IMG/VR virus record: IMGVR_UViG_3300010289_000004
Span: 1 to 26,476 of that record
Direction: 5' to 3' (one strand)
Length of the DNA stretch: 26,476 nucleotides
Source of the DNA: a virus
Lineage: Duplodnaviria > Caudoviricetes
Below the pieces are notes generated by a model. That model was given only the letters and a program-made list of their open reading frames with translations, ran no database searches and was not told the origin of the DNA. This document shows, in pieces, positions 1 through 9,314 of this stretch. The position numbers and the translations under genes are program-made. Every line of letters starts with the position of its first letter. Within the stretch, counting starts at the first letter, position 1.

Positions 1-288
1 AACAGCCCTATCGCGTCCATCAGTACCCGCTCCTCGGCCATTCGGCCTCATGATTGTAATCACAGCCCAGTTCGTCAACGAATACACCGTCGTCGGGAAA
101 CTCTTGTGCGTCAACCATATCGCTCCGTCCCGAATCATTACCACCGTCGCCGTGTCCGTGTAATATCCGCCATACTTCTCCTTCAACGTCACTATCAGCC
201 CAACGCTGTCCGCCGCTATTGCCTGCGGATTGTTCGCATATAACGTCACTGTGGGGACTACGATATAAATCAGTATCCGCCATATCAC
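1..288 (-). CDS. Hypothetical protein with N-terminal hydrophobic/signal-like segment; runs off the window (not in the ORF track)
   Basis: GTG at 288 overlaps the TGA of the upstream gene (GTGA) with AAGGA just upstream. The frame reads MIWRILIYIVVPTVTLYANNPQAIAADSVGL... with no stop to position 1. It competes with the acidic ORF 283..20 in another frame. Confidence 0.45.
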   Translation of the reverse strand, partial: MIWRILIYIVVPTVTLYANNPQAIAADSVGLIVTLKEKYGGYYTDTATVVMIRDGAIWLTHKSFPTTVYSLTNWAVITIMRPNGRGAGTDGRDRAV

Positions 289-605
289 CGCTTTGTCCTT
301 TCGTCAACCCGTGCAACCATTTCACCAATGTCGCTTAACTTATTCATTATTGTATCGTGCTTTTTGTTTACCTCGTCCCATATTGGCTGATGCATGTTAA
401 GGCAATGCTTTGATAGAGCATCACCAGACAACCAATGCATCGTTGCTTTATCGACCTTACCATTACCATTGTTTCTACTTCCTATTGTAATGCTGATGGT
501 CTGCTTCTTCAGCCATCGTGCTATTGCATAACATATAACTGCACTACCACCTGCTGTACCGCCGTATTTCAAAATAAACGTTAAAACATCTTCAATCATA
601 ATCAC
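285..605 (-). CDS. Small membrane protein, holin-like
   Basis: One N-terminal hydrophobic stretch (VLTFILKYGGTAGGSAVICYAIARWL) followed by KK and a coiled-coil-like C-terminus. Located in the late region. The holin call is inference; the exact start is uncertain. Confidence 0.5.
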   Translation of the reverse strand: MIMIEDVLTFILKYGGTAGGSAVICYAIARWLKKQTISITIGSRNNGNGKVDKATMHWLSGDALSKHCLNMHQPIWDEVNKKHDTIMNKLSDIGEMVARVDERTKR

Positions 606-629
606 TATACTTTCTATACATTAGCACTC

Positions 630-860
630 TTATTTGTCGATTTCGTAAAGGAAAAACACGTTTGCAGCTGTTGTTCTATTGCCATCAAGTTGCGTAAAAG
701 AAAACATATACGGAACACCAACAAGAAGCGTACCACTGGGTATGGTCACCCACATGCCCTGCGATGCAATTCTAACAACTCCAGCTTCACCAATTATAAG
801 GCCGCATGGAACTGGATCAAGATCAGCATCAGCCGTAGCGGGTCGAATGTAATACTTCAT
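630..860 (-). CDS. Small beta-rich virion protein resembling head spike-base proteins (RcGTA Rcc01079-like)
   Basis: Pattern D-L-x-x-x-P-x-G-L-x-I-G-x-A-G-x-V-R...VTIPSGTLL...TTAANVFFLY resembles the spike-base family as I recall it. GGAG RBS. Lies downstream of the capsid genes. Confidence 0.55.
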   Translation of the reverse strand: MKYYIRPATADADLDPVPCGLIIGEAGVVRIASQGMWVTIPSGTLLVGVPYMFSFTQLDGNRTTAANVFFLYEIDK

Positions 861-874
861 AATAAATCTCCATC

Positions 875-924
875 AATAAAAAAGCCCCAGAACATACATC
901 ATACGATGTATGAACCGAGGCTTT
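875..924 (-). terminator. Rho-independent terminator with an extended two-part stem after the capsid/cement genes
   Basis: Minus strand AAAGCCTCGG-TT-CATACATC-GTAT-GATGTATG-TT-CTGGGGCTTT followed by TTTATT: a 10-bp stem (two G-U pairs), an 8-bp perfect stem and a U tract. Confidence 0.8.
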
Positions 925-957
925 GTTGTCAGCTACTCGGAACAACGCTGCTTGGTA

Positions 958-1371
958 CTATCCGTTTTTTGTAGGAATCGGATATACATCCGCGGTCACT
1001 GTTGCCGCTGTTGCACTACCCTGAATATAACTGAAGAGTCGAATTTGATAGTCCGACTCGTTCAGTACAGGGATCACAATAGCATCAGCGGATGTTCTGG
1101 CTTCACCAATTGCGGTAGCGTCACCAAAAGTAACTTCACCAATGTCATACCACGTTGTAGCTGCCGCGCGACTATTTGCTTGAATACGCAAATTAATCAG
1201 GTCAAACCCCGAACCACCCGAATATCCGGTTACTGTAAGAACTACTGCCATCAAACCTTTTCCTACTACAACAGGACTGCCTACGATGGCATCACCAGTC
1301 ACAGACGCTCCACTTGCCAAGGACTGACCGCCAATCGGCCACGGAATCTGCTGTTTTGCCTGCCATGACAT
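958..1371 (-). CDS. Putative capsid cement/decoration protein (beta-sandwich)
   Basis: 137 aa, rich in G/A/S/T/V beta-strand patterns (LMAVVLTVTG, LINLRIQA, YQIRLFSYIQG). Two genes after the major capsid gene, AAGGAG RBS, followed by a terminator. Size and position are like the BPP-1 Bbp16 cement protein. Confidence 0.6.
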   Translation of the reverse strand: MSWQAKQQIPWPIGGQSLASGASVTGDAIVGSPVVVGKGLMAVVLTVTGYSGGSGFDLINLRIQANSRAAATTWYDIGEVTFGDATAIGEARTSADAIVIPVLNESDYQIRLFSYIQGSATAATVTADVYPIPTKNG

Positions 1372-1387
1372 GAATAATCTCCTTTGC

Positions 1388-1777
1388 TTATGCTTTTACA
1401 ATTTCAACAATTTCACGGTTTGGTGAACCAAGATCACGACGTTCATACTGACGGAGTTTTTCGTTGTAACTCCACGCAGGGTCAACGATTCTTCCATCTT
1501 CCGCAAACGGAACTTGCCCAACAAAGCGCTTTGGAGCTGCAGCTTTTGCACCGGCCATGTAATCATCAACCGTCATCTCACGACTCATCGGATTATCTTT
1601 ACTCTGGGGAAGGCTTTGTGTTGCCTGAGTTTTTACTTTCTCTAAAGCAGACACACGCTTTTCCAGAATATCTATACGATCTTCAAACTGACGTAACAAC
1701 ACCCCAGAAACATCATTTTCATTATGTACATTTAATGAAATAGGTTTTGGTGCGGGGGACTCCGAGCGCTTGTTCAT
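1388..1777 (-). CDS. Hypothetical protein with a short coiled coil, between the capsid and cement genes
   Basis: AAGGAG RBS; heptad-like segment FEDRIDILEKRVSALEK; fits the operon spacing. Confidence 0.75.
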   Translation of the reverse strand: MNKRSESPAPKPISLNVHNENDVSGVLLRQFEDRIDILEKRVSALEKVKTQATQSLPQSKDNPMSREMTVDDYMAGAKAAAPKRFVGQVPFAEDGRIVDPAWSYNEKLRQYERRDLGSPNREIVEIVKA

Positions 1778-1790
1778 TGGTCAAACTCCT

Positions 1791-2732
1791 TTATGCTGTT
1801 GCATTCTCGACATACCTGAGGCGTGCAATGCTTCGAATCGCAAGTGGTGCACACCAGGCATACCATTCCAGGTCAAAGTAGTTATATACATCGGCCTGCG
1901 TTAGAGGAATAACGGTTGGTGGCTTGACCTGAAAACCAGAAAATTGATCCACACCATACGTAACGGCATATACCGAACAGGATGAATCATCTGACCCTGA
2001 TATGGGATCGAGAATATCTTTGCCTTTACCATCTTTTAGCACGATAATCGGATAATCGTCATACCGACCTGCAAAGTATCCCCACTGTTCCGGAGAGAAC
2101 TGAATGTTATAAAATGCATCAGTCCCAGAAGTGCCAACCAACGACCCACGCGCCAGTTTCCTTGCACGAAGCCCAACTTGATCAAACATATAAATAAATG
2201 TACTGCCAGGAATGGCATTTACTTTGTTGAGCAATTTGTCCAAATGATCGGTTTGAAGCAAAGCACCAGCTGATGCCGTCCCAGCGTCAACATTTTGACT
2301 AGCATACGCAGGAACATTGTCGATCCAATAATCAATACCTTTCAGGTACGTTCCCCCTTGCCCTTGGAACATGCCTTTTGTCCAAAGTAAAGCCATTGCT
2401 TTAATCTGTGCTGCCTTTTCAGCTGCAACACGAGTCGGATTAGTAGTTTCAATGAAACGATCAACCTGCACCCGACCACCAGCGATCTTTGCCGTTTCAG
2501 AATACGGAGTGATCTGCGAAACAGTTGATGTCCACGACCCATTCACATTGCGAAACCCACCACTGGTGTGAGGCAACTGATCTTCAACGCTCCATGCGGA
2601 AACACCTGTAGGTGCATCTTGAATAGGCATTACAGAAAGAGGATGATACGACGAAGCATACGTTTGGATGATGCCGCGTTCAGGCCCAGCAGGCATCGTT
2701 TTTGCGGACTCAAGTAATGAAAGTGCTGCCAT
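1791..2732 (-). CDS. Major capsid protein (HK97 fold)
   Basis: 313 aa starting MAALSLLESAK, with GFRNVN, GGRVQVDRFI, HLDKLL and C-terminal RSIARLRYV, typical of one major capsid family. Follows the scaffold gene. AAGGAG RBS. Confidence 0.92.
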   Translation of the reverse strand: MAALSLLESAKTMPAGPERGIIQTYASSYHPLSVMPIQDAPTGVSAWSVEDQLPHTSGGFRNVNGSWTSTVSQITPYSETAKIAGGRVQVDRFIETTNPTRVAAEKAAQIKAMALLWTKGMFQGQGGTYLKGIDYWIDNVPAYASQNVDAGTASAGALLQTDHLDKLLNKVNAIPGSTFIYMFDQVGLRARKLARGSLVGTSGTDAFYNIQFSPEQWGYFAGRYDDYPIIVLKDGKGKDILDPISGSDDSSCSVYAVTYGVDQFSGFQVKPPTVIPLTQADVYNYFDLEWYAWCAPLAIRSIARLRYVENATA

Positions 2733-2752
2733 AATTGATTTCTCCTTGTACC

Positions 2753-3556
2753 TTATCGCCTCGAAGGCATATCAAGCATATCAAGAGCTTCATTACGCAA
2801 AGCAGCCAGCCCTTGATCATTCCCATACCTTCGATACGAAGATGTTTGATTATTTGGTGGAGGTGGTGTATTATGTCCTCTGTTCCCCGAGGAATCAACA
2901 AGGTTTTCATGCTGAGTTGCAAATTCTTTTGCTAATGCTTCCAGACTGTCAACTTTGAACGGCTTTCCGTCTTTGTAAACCGTTAGTACACGCTCTCCTT
3001 TGTCATTGAAAGTAACGAGCTTTTCTGCCAAGATGGTATTAAGCGCCAGTTTGGCATTGTTTCCCGTTATCTTCTGTCCGGCTAAAGCGTTTGTGATATC
3101 GGTTCTCAAATCGGATTCCATTTTTTCTCTTTTTGCCTGAGCCACGGCGGCTTCGTTATCAGCCTTAGCTTTTTCAAGTTCAGCTATTTTTTTTCCTTGC
3201 TCATCAAGTTTGGCGTTCAACGAGTTGACAAGAGCCTCAATTTCCGGAGTCATACCTTTCTTTTTCCACTCTGCAAATTTGGCTTTGTCTTCATCCGTCA
3301 GCTGGCTTTTTCTGTACCGTTCAATCTCTTCCTCACTTGTTTTCAATTCGCTCTTGAGCTTCTTGATTTCTTTTTCAAGGTGCTCACGCTGGGAAGTGAG
3401 GTCTTTGTTAGCGTTTTGAATCTGGACGGCAGCTTCATGTTTGTCGTACCATCCTACAATAGCTTCGACAAGTGAAACTTCAGTGCCGTCAATTGCAACC
3501 TTCGTGTCAGCTAGTTTTTCCTTTAACAGACTGTGAACCTTAGCTTCCATCGGCAT
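2753..3556 (-). CDS. Capsid scaffolding protein
   Basis: Highly charged coiled coil with a G/P/N-rich linker near the C-terminus (SSGNRGHNTPPPP). Immediately upstream of the major capsid gene. AAGGAG RBS. Confidence 0.85.
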   Translation of the reverse strand: MPMEAKVHSLLKEKLADTKVAIDGTEVSLVEAIVGWYDKHEAAVQIQNANKDLTSQREHLEKEIKKLKSELKTSEEEIERYRKSQLTDEDKAKFAEWKKKGMTPEIEALVNSLNAKLDEQGKKIAELEKAKADNEAAVAQAKREKMESDLRTDITNALAGQKITGNNAKLALNTILAEKLVTFNDKGERVLTVYKDGKPFKVDSLEALAKEFATQHENLVDSSGNRGHNTPPPPNNQTSSYRRYGNDQGLAALRNEALDMLDMPSRR

Positions 3557-3569
3557 ACGCCACGCTCCT

Positions 3570-3614
3570 TTGTGGGGTTACGAGCAAACTTACTTTATTG
3601 CTCTATCACCACAA
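3570..3614 (-). promoter_or_regulatory. Leader stem-loop abutting the scaffold RBS
   Basis: Minus strand TTGTGG..GAGCAA-N10-TTGCTC..CCACAA, whose last bases run into AAGGAG. Confidence 0.5.
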
Positions 3615-3640
3615 CAATGCACCAAAACCAGTCAATTCCC

Positions 3641-3850
3641 TTAGCCTGACCTTGTTGCAATGTTGTCGTTATTAGAACTCGGACACTTTGAAAACGGAGT
3701 TATATGCTTACGCACAAAGATTTCTTCTTCCCGTGGGCAACCATCTACCCAGTGTATAGTCACATGTCCCGTAAATCCGCGCTTAACACGCTCAAGGTCA
3801 TTTTTGTTGATGATTGCAACGCGCTGAAGTTTATCTTCTATCGTAAGCAC
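3641..3850 (-). CDS. Small hypothetical protein (DUF2292/YezD-like pattern)
   Basis: GTG start with an AAGGGG RBS, downstream of a good promoter. The motif F-T-G-x-V-T-I-H-W-x-D-G resembles the DUF2292 core. Confidence 0.55.
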   Translation of the reverse strand: MLTIEDKLQRVAIINKNDLERVKRGFTGHVTIHWVDGCPREEEIFVRKHITPFSKCPSSNNDNIATRSG

Positions 3851-3872
3851 TTTTAACCCCTTGTATGTTTAT

Positions 3873-3901
3873 ATTATAATTTCGAAGAAAGGCAAAGACA
3901 A
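3873..3901 (-). promoter_or_regulatory. Sigma70-type promoter for the scaffold/capsid transcript
   Basis: Minus strand TTGTCT-N17-TATAAT (-35 at 3901-3896, -10 at 3878-3873) with an A-rich upstream tract. Confidence 0.7.
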
Positions 3902-4050
3902 ACAATTTACCTGTTTTTTTTATGTTGTTTTTACAATAGCTATTTCACGTGTTCTGATCATACAGTATGGCATTATACCAGTCACTCCAACTATATCAGT
4001 TGTTAGCACATTGTTCAAAATTAGTAGGTTATGCACGTATGGCATACTAT

Positions 4051-4911
4051 TTAAGCATTTCTCAGAATCTTTGCTTCTTCTGCAGTAGTAAGAACTGTCG
4101 TTTTTGAGTTCCATATAAACTCCTTAACTGTCGGAAACATTTCATCTGCTACCACTTTTGGCATCAGCAAACACATACAAAACTGCTTACAAATTGTTCT
4201 TCCGCTGCCAGGAATACCTAATTCCATCCACTCTTTCAAAGTAAGCACAGCTCCAGCGCGAGCTTGGCAGTCAGGGCACGGCTTTGTTGAAACTGTAATC
4301 CACTCATATTCTGTGTCATCCGGATACTCTTCACGAAATGCATCTAACTGAGATTGTGACTGTTCTCTTCTGAGAGCAGCCGTGGCCACACTTTTTGCTC
4401 GTTTTTCAAATCCAGCTGCAAGTCCAGCAGCATCTTCCCCAGCGGCCTGTAATTGTTTCAAAATCTCTTTTTTAGAGAATCCAGCTATTTCAGCGTTTCG
4501 CTTGAATAACTCTATATCAGTTTTTAACAAATCTCCTTCACGCTGCAATTCATCAAAAGCCAGCTTCAAACGTTTAGATGCCTGTTTATCACTTAACCGT
4601 TCAATCTGTTTCATCTGCCGTTTGCTTCTTTCCCATCGCTCAGAACTTTCAAGAAATTGGTTAAGTTTATCCTTGCCCATTAATCGCCCACGTATATGAG
4701 CGTCTTCAAGATAAACTGATAATTCTTCCTTCAGTTCTTTCATCAGTGCATCTATATTTTCAGGATCATCGTATAAGGATTTCTTTTTCATAAATTTTCG
4801 TATTGTTTTACTGAAAGCACTACGATCTGATTTTAATCTAAATTCCAACGCTTGCTGCTCAGCCAATTCCTGTTCCAACAATTTCATGTAATGCTCTTCA
4901 CGCTTGTTCAT
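4051..4911 (-). CDS. Head morphogenesis/minor capsid protein (SPP1 gp7/Mu gpF-like)
   Basis: Helical N-terminal region, then EYEWITVSTKPCPDC...ICKQFCMCLLMP (W..CxxC..CxC signature). Upstream of the scaffold gene. ATGA-coupled to the last GT gene. Confidence 0.85.
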   Translation of the reverse strand: MNKREEHYMKLLEQELAEQQALEFRLKSDRSAFSKTIRKFMKKKSLYDDPENIDALMKELKEELSVYLEDAHIRGRLMGKDKLNQFLESSERWERSKRQMKQIERLSDKQASKRLKLAFDELQREGDLLKTDIELFKRNAEIAGFSKKEILKQLQAAGEDAAGLAAGFEKRAKSVATAALRREQSQSQLDAFREEYPDDTEYEWITVSTKPCPDCQARAGAVLTLKEWMELGIPGSGRTICKQFCMCLLMPKVVADEMFPTVKEFIWNSKTTVLTTAEEAKILRNA

Positions 4912-5594
4912 TTTAAGTCTCCAACGTATTGGGTTGAACGGCAGAAAGACATATCGTTTCCTGTTATGCTGCTAACATCTCCTATGTGCTGAACAAGAGA
5001 AAATCGAGTGTATGCTACCGTAAATCCCAATATTTGTGCGGCACGGCATATTTTATAGTCACATAGATCACGGACAAAATGCCTCTTTCTGGCATCGTTT
5101 GGTGCGATTTCGATCATAGTATCCGTGTAACTATTCAAAAACGCATTCCAAAACTCACGCGTAACAATCCAGCATACAGCTCCAGGGTGTCCTACTCGCA
5201 TAACAATATATGGAGTGTCATGTGCCTTTTTTGATCGATGAAACAGTGAAAGCACACCTAACTTGTACCCATCTTTAACAATTAAATCAGCTGTATTGTT
5301 TCCTATTGTAATGCATTTAAAAGATAGTTCAACATCGTCCTGAATATATAATAATCTATCGATATCTTTATACTCATCAAACCCAAATGTGATGCCTTTG
5401 ACAGCGTTTCGAAAGACTCCAACATTAGACTCATTTCGATATATTGGGTACATTACACTGGGGTAAAGTATCGTACTACAATCATCAAATATATGCAAGC
5501 GTGATACGTCGTCTCCACAAGATTCAAGCGACTTTATGGTTGCCTTAAAATAATGCGGCCTGTTATACGTGGTCATTATGATAGGTATTGACAT
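4908..5594 (-). CDS. GT-A (GT2-like) glycosyltransferase
   Basis: MSIPIIMTTYNRP, IFDDCS, LYIQDD and SLVQHIG motifs. Start re-assigned to ATG 5594. Confidence 0.88.
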   Translation of the reverse strand: MSIPIIMTTYNRPHYFKATIKSLESCGDDVSRLHIFDDCSTILYPSVMYPIYRNESNVGVFRNAVKGITFGFDEYKDIDRLLYIQDDVELSFKCITIGNNTADLIVKDGYKLGVLSLFHRSKKAHDTPYIVMRVGHPGAVCWIVTREFWNAFLNSYTDTMIEIAPNDARKRHFVRDLCDYKICRAAQILGFTVAYTRFSLVQHIGDVSSITGNDMSFCRSTQYVGDLK

Positions 5595-6370
5595 ATAGCC
5601 TGATACACCGATTCTACATCTGGTTGCCATTGTTCATGGGTAATAAAAGTGCAATGAGTATGAAACGGATTCCATGCAACCTTATAACGATATTCATTAG
5701 TTAGTCCCATAGCCCACCGTCTGGAATCCGACCATACTACGTGTGGAAGTTCGCACAGCGACGCAAAGTGTGCAATGCCTGAACTTGGAGTTACCAAAAC
5801 TGCCGACTTGCGCATCAGATCAGCAAGCTGGTTCAAAGGAATACCACGTAAGTCAGTAGTTCCAGGTATATACAATGATTCAGTGCGTGTACCCACACTG
5901 GCTGTTTCAACATTTATCTTATTATTTAATTCAATCCATTTGCTCAAAGGCCAATTACGGTAAGAATATTGTGCATTTCTTGCGTGGAAAAGCACTATAT
6001 TAAGTCTTTGAACGCTTCTTCCAAACCTGATAAACTCTTGTGTTAATTCGCAGTATGGGTTTGATAACCACTTTCCTGGACATAATATGTTTGAGTTATG
6101 TATGGTTGGTTTTGGGTCTGATATTCCCCAACCATCGCATAGGGAAACTTCTCTATCTTTAAATAAACCACGGCACATATCTCGAACCATTCCTTTTGGC
6201 TTATCGTAATGCCATATTTCACTAGTTATATCTTGATACAGGTATTCATACCCAGTTTCACAGCAAACCACGACTTTTTTATACTTTTTTGCTTCAGAAC
6301 GGACATATCCTTGCCACCGCATCAGCTGCCATCCAAACTCTCCAAAGAAGGGTTCAACCATCAAGTTCAC
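5576..6370 (-). CDS. GT9-like (heptosyltransferase-family, GT-B) glycosyltransferase
   Basis: RNWPLSKWIEL, DLRGIPLNQLADLMRKSAVLVTPSSGIAHFASLC match the GT9 C-terminal signature. N-terminal GEFGWQLM. Confidence 0.82.
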   Translation of the reverse strand: MNLMVEPFFGEFGWQLMRWQGYVRSEAKKYKKVVVCCETGYEYLYQDITSEIWHYDKPKGMVRDMCRGLFKDREVSLCDGWGISDPKPTIHNSNILCPGKWLSNPYCELTQEFIRFGRSVQRLNIVLFHARNAQYSYRNWPLSKWIELNNKINVETASVGTRTESLYIPGTTDLRGIPLNQLADLMRKSAVLVTPSSGIAHFASLCELPHVVWSDSRRWAMGLTNEYRYKVAWNPFHTHCTFITHEQWQPDVESVYQAICQYLS

Positions 6371-7292
6371 ATACGCTCCTTTGAATAAGGTCTAATAAAG
6401 TAAATGCAGCCTTTGACATCGAAGAATTACGCTCATACCAATAACGAACATTTGAAAATATAGTTCCGTTTTTAACATCGTCCCTTATAAGCGATGATTC
6501 TACTTTATTCCAGAATTTTTCCTTGTCCGAAATTACTCCATAAACCTTACCGCTAAAATGAACAGTATCGGCTACCACTAAATAAAGTCCACACGCTTGC
6601 ATTTCGGATACAACTCTGGGAGCACTATCAACACCACTCCAATATGGCACAATTCCTATCAAACAATTATTGATCCAGTACGGCATATGCTCTCGATCTG
6701 ACTCGATCACGGTGACATTTTTCGGATGTGATCCAACATTATAACACCCTCTACCAATATGCAACACGCGCAAATGTTCAGGTGCAGTTTTGTACACCCA
6801 ATCAATGCTTTTAATCTCACGTTGTGCATGATTTGCTATATAGCATACATCAAATGATTTAGCAATGCTCATCGGCACAAACATGTCGTCAGAATCAACT
6901 GCTGGTTTCACCCACATTTTATCGTTCAGTACAAGTTTGTACAATTCATGTGAGGCTTCGCGTCTCTTGCCTGCTCCGTAATATATGGCTGGTTTGTTAT
7001 GACGGTAAACAATATCATGAAACTCCTTGAACCCGCCACGATGAAATATTACACTGGCACTGCTAGCTAAAGAGTCAATATCCTTGGTACATATAACAAC
7101 AAAGCCATCGTCAACATATCCGCTGGGTGCTGGAGGGCACTCTTGTCTTTTATCAATGCATGCTACGATACCGTTCACACCAGCTTTTTTGGTCACGGCT
7201 TTCCATAACACAGTCCACATATCATATTTCAGCATGTGCTTTGGATTCCAATCGTTTTCTGCAAAACCTCTAAGCATCAACCACGTCGCCAT
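6354..7292 (-). CDS. GT-B (GT4-like) glycosyltransferase
   Basis: FDVCYIA...K, and DSAPRVVSEMQACGL resembling the E-x7-E region (D-x7-E here). Confidence 0.72.
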   Translation of the reverse strand: MATWLMLRGFAENDWNPKHMLKYDMWTVLWKAVTKKAGVNGIVACIDKRQECPPAPSGYVDDGFVVICTKDIDSLASSASVIFHRGGFKEFHDIVYRHNKPAIYYGAGKRREASHELYKLVLNDKMWVKPAVDSDDMFVPMSIAKSFDVCYIANHAQREIKSIDWVYKTAPEHLRVLHIGRGCYNVGSHPKNVTVIESDREHMPYWINNCLIGIVPYWSGVDSAPRVVSEMQACGLYLVVADTVHFSGKVYGVISDKEKFWNKVESSLIRDDVKNGTIFSNVRYWYERNSSMSKAAFTLLDLIQRSVCELDG

Positions 7293-7966
7293 GTCACCTC
7301 TCCGTTAAATGTAAGGTCTTCACCAGAATCCATTTCCTTGTTCCATTTAACCAAGTTGCGCCTGTTGCGCCATTCACGGCCAATATCAGACACACATATT
7401 CCACCAGGATAGTCTACAATTTGTTTTGGTAAAAGCAAATCGATCATTTCGTTGCCAAGCCCATATCGTAGTTGCTTTTCAGGGTCTTTATTGTCGACCA
7501 TAATCTCTGATAAACTACGTACAATCACTCCCACCCACAAACTAGGCAAAAGTGAAGGGTGTCGTTTTTCATTATCAACAGGCCGCATGCGTTTTGCAAA
7601 CCTGATGTAATCAGCATCGCCTTTTTCCATTTGTTTAGCACACCAATCCAAATCAATCTTACGCTGAAATTTCCAATCATCTTCAACGTGCAAAACATAC
7701 TGAGATGTGGAATTTCGCCACACCCAGCGTACTGCGCGTGCGAAAGATGGCTTGTCTGCAATGTTGTATTTATGAATAGGTATTATTTTTTCAACTTCAT
7801 TAAGAACATCGTAGGGAGAGCAATCATCACCGATCAAATCAACATTGACAATAGATCTCAAGTAAAACGTGCGTGTGCATATCATCTGTGACATGCTTTC
7901 CATTGTTTGCCTAATAATATCAGGCCGCAATGTTGCGACTATCGTCACGTCCATACTTGTTTTCAT
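7277..7966 (-). CDS. GT-A (GT2-like) glycosyltransferase
   Basis: VTIVATLRP, IVNVD, YVLHVEDDWKF and DIGREWR. Start re-assigned to ATG 7966, which forms an ATGA overlap with the upstream stop. Confidence 0.8.
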   Translation of the reverse strand: MKTSMDVTIVATLRPDIIRQTMESMSQMICTRTFYLRSIVNVDLIGDDCSPYDVLNEVEKIIPIHKYNIADKPSFARAVRWVWRNSTSQYVLHVEDDWKFQRKIDLDWCAKQMEKGDADYIRFAKRMRPVDNEKRHPSLLPSLWVGVIVRSLSEIMVDNKDPEKQLRYGLGNEMIDLLLPKQIVDYPGGICVSDIGREWRNRRNLVKWNKEMDSGEDLTFNGEVTWRRG

Positions 7967-8556
7967 GCAAGAAAACTCTTTACACGACATGATATAACAG
8001 GCTCTTTGTTCCATGTCCAACAACGAATATCCGCATAGAAACTCTTCCATCTTGAATATAACTCAAGATTGTTTCTGAACTCCATTGTACCTTCAACAAA
8101 TGCACACCCTGTTATTGAAGTATGTGGACTCCATTCACTTGGAATAAATATGTCACTAACCATCATAGTTTTGAACTCACATGATATGATATAGTTGATT
8201 AGAACATGATCCATGTTACCATATTCACCCCAACGATTATGTGTTGATATGGTATCAAAATCAAATCGCTTAATGTTATCTATTACGTCGTGACCAAATG
8301 CAGCCAAACTGCCATCACGTCCCGATAGTTCGTAAAAATGGCTGCCATAATCAAGGCACTTATATTGTATGCCTAAATGAGTGCACAACTGTATAAGTCC
8401 ATTCTTACGATGTGCCCACTTTTTTCGTAAAGGATTATAAGCATCTGACGAACAGCATAAAACTGAGCACTCCCATTCCAAATTCTGTAAAGCCCACCAA
8501 AAGAATATCACTTCATCATCAGGATGCGCAATTACTATCAGCACTTTCTTTTTCAT
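7963..8556 (-). CDS. PIG-L/LmbE-family N-acetylhexosamine de-N-acetylase
   Basis: VLIVIAHPDDEVIF (HPDDE) and THNRWGEYGNMDH (HxDH-like, with Asn for the first His). Confidence 0.88.
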   Translation of the reverse strand: MKKKVLIVIAHPDDEVIFFWWALQNLEWECSVLCCSSDAYNPLRKKWAHRKNGLIQLCTHLGIQYKCLDYGSHFYELSGRDGSLAAFGHDVIDNIKRFDFDTISTHNRWGEYGNMDHVLINYIISCEFKTMMVSDIFIPSEWSPHTSITGCAFVEGTMEFRNNLELYSRWKSFYADIRCWTWNKEPVISCRVKSFLA

Positions 8557-8570
8557 ACAAAAAATCTATG

Positions 8571-9314
8571 TCAAGCTCTAAAATATTGATTATAATGCTC
8601 AAGCATATGAACATGATACTTCCCGCCAACATGCATAGCCAACATACTTTGCATTGGATTATCTGCACACCAATGCGGCGTCAGCACATACGGATGCCAA
8701 TCAGAGCGCAAGATGGCGCGCACAGTAGCAGTCTGACCTCGCGAGAATCCTTTTGCCAGTTCTTCCAGAACCAATTCAACAAATCTGCGTGCTTGCTTGT
8801 GCTTTGTATTGAAAAATATCACGCCGTTGTTGACTGAAGTCCACATCATTGGTGTGTCTCCTATTATTCGCATATCACGCTGTATCATCACATCGTCTGC
8901 TTTGTTGCTGTACTTCCATCCCAAATCAACATCACCATTACCGTGTGGGGACATAATAACCAACCGAGGATTCATTGCCATACACATACCAAATCTTTTA
9001 GCGAGCTCAAATCCTTTGATGAAATATTTGCTCACAACATATATATCATTATCCAAATAACAAGTTAGATCTGATGTACTTTTCAACAATGCTTGAAATC
9101 TAATCATGTCAGTTATAGAAGATTTTGGAACGTTCAGCATGTTGCAATCAATATTATAAATCTCAACTGCATCAAATCCTTTTAACTCAACTTGCTTATT
9201 GGTATACAAAACGCACCTTACTGGAAACACATGACGACGTAATGCCCGCATAGACGCACGCAAATATGGTATTGGCTCGTCACCATATATGGCATAAATG
9301 ACTTCTGGTGTCAT
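8571..9314 (-). CDS. GT-A fold glycosyltransferase (DxD)
   Basis: CVLYTN, ALLKS...TCYLDNDIYVV, VNNGVIFF and RGQTA, resembling GT8-like nucleotide-diphospho-sugar transferases. Confidence 0.72.
   Translation of the reverse strand: MTPEVIYAIYGDEPIPYLRASMRALRRHVFPVRCVLYTNKQVELKGFDAVEIYNIDCNMLNVPKSSITDMIRFQALLKSTSDLTCYLDNDIYVVSKYFIKGFELAKRFGMCMAMNPRLVIMSPHGNGDVDLGWKYSNKADDVMIQRDMRIIGDTPMMWTSVNNGVIFFNTKHKQARRFVELVLEELAKGFSRGQTATVRAILRSDWHPYVLTPHWCADNPMQSMLAMHVGGKYHVHMLEHYNQYFRA

Noticed and set aside
630-2732. N-x-S/T sequons in the capsid, cement and spike-base proteins as evidence of N-glycosylation
   Set aside because: Such sequons are expected by chance, and no oligosaccharyltransferase or N-glycosyltransferase is recognisable.
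3920-4114. Small minus-strand ORF and a 9-bp direct repeat GTATGGCAT (3965, 4037)
   Set aside because: No clear RBS, it overlaps the gp7-like gene end and the promoter-upstream region, and the repeat is too short to be significant.
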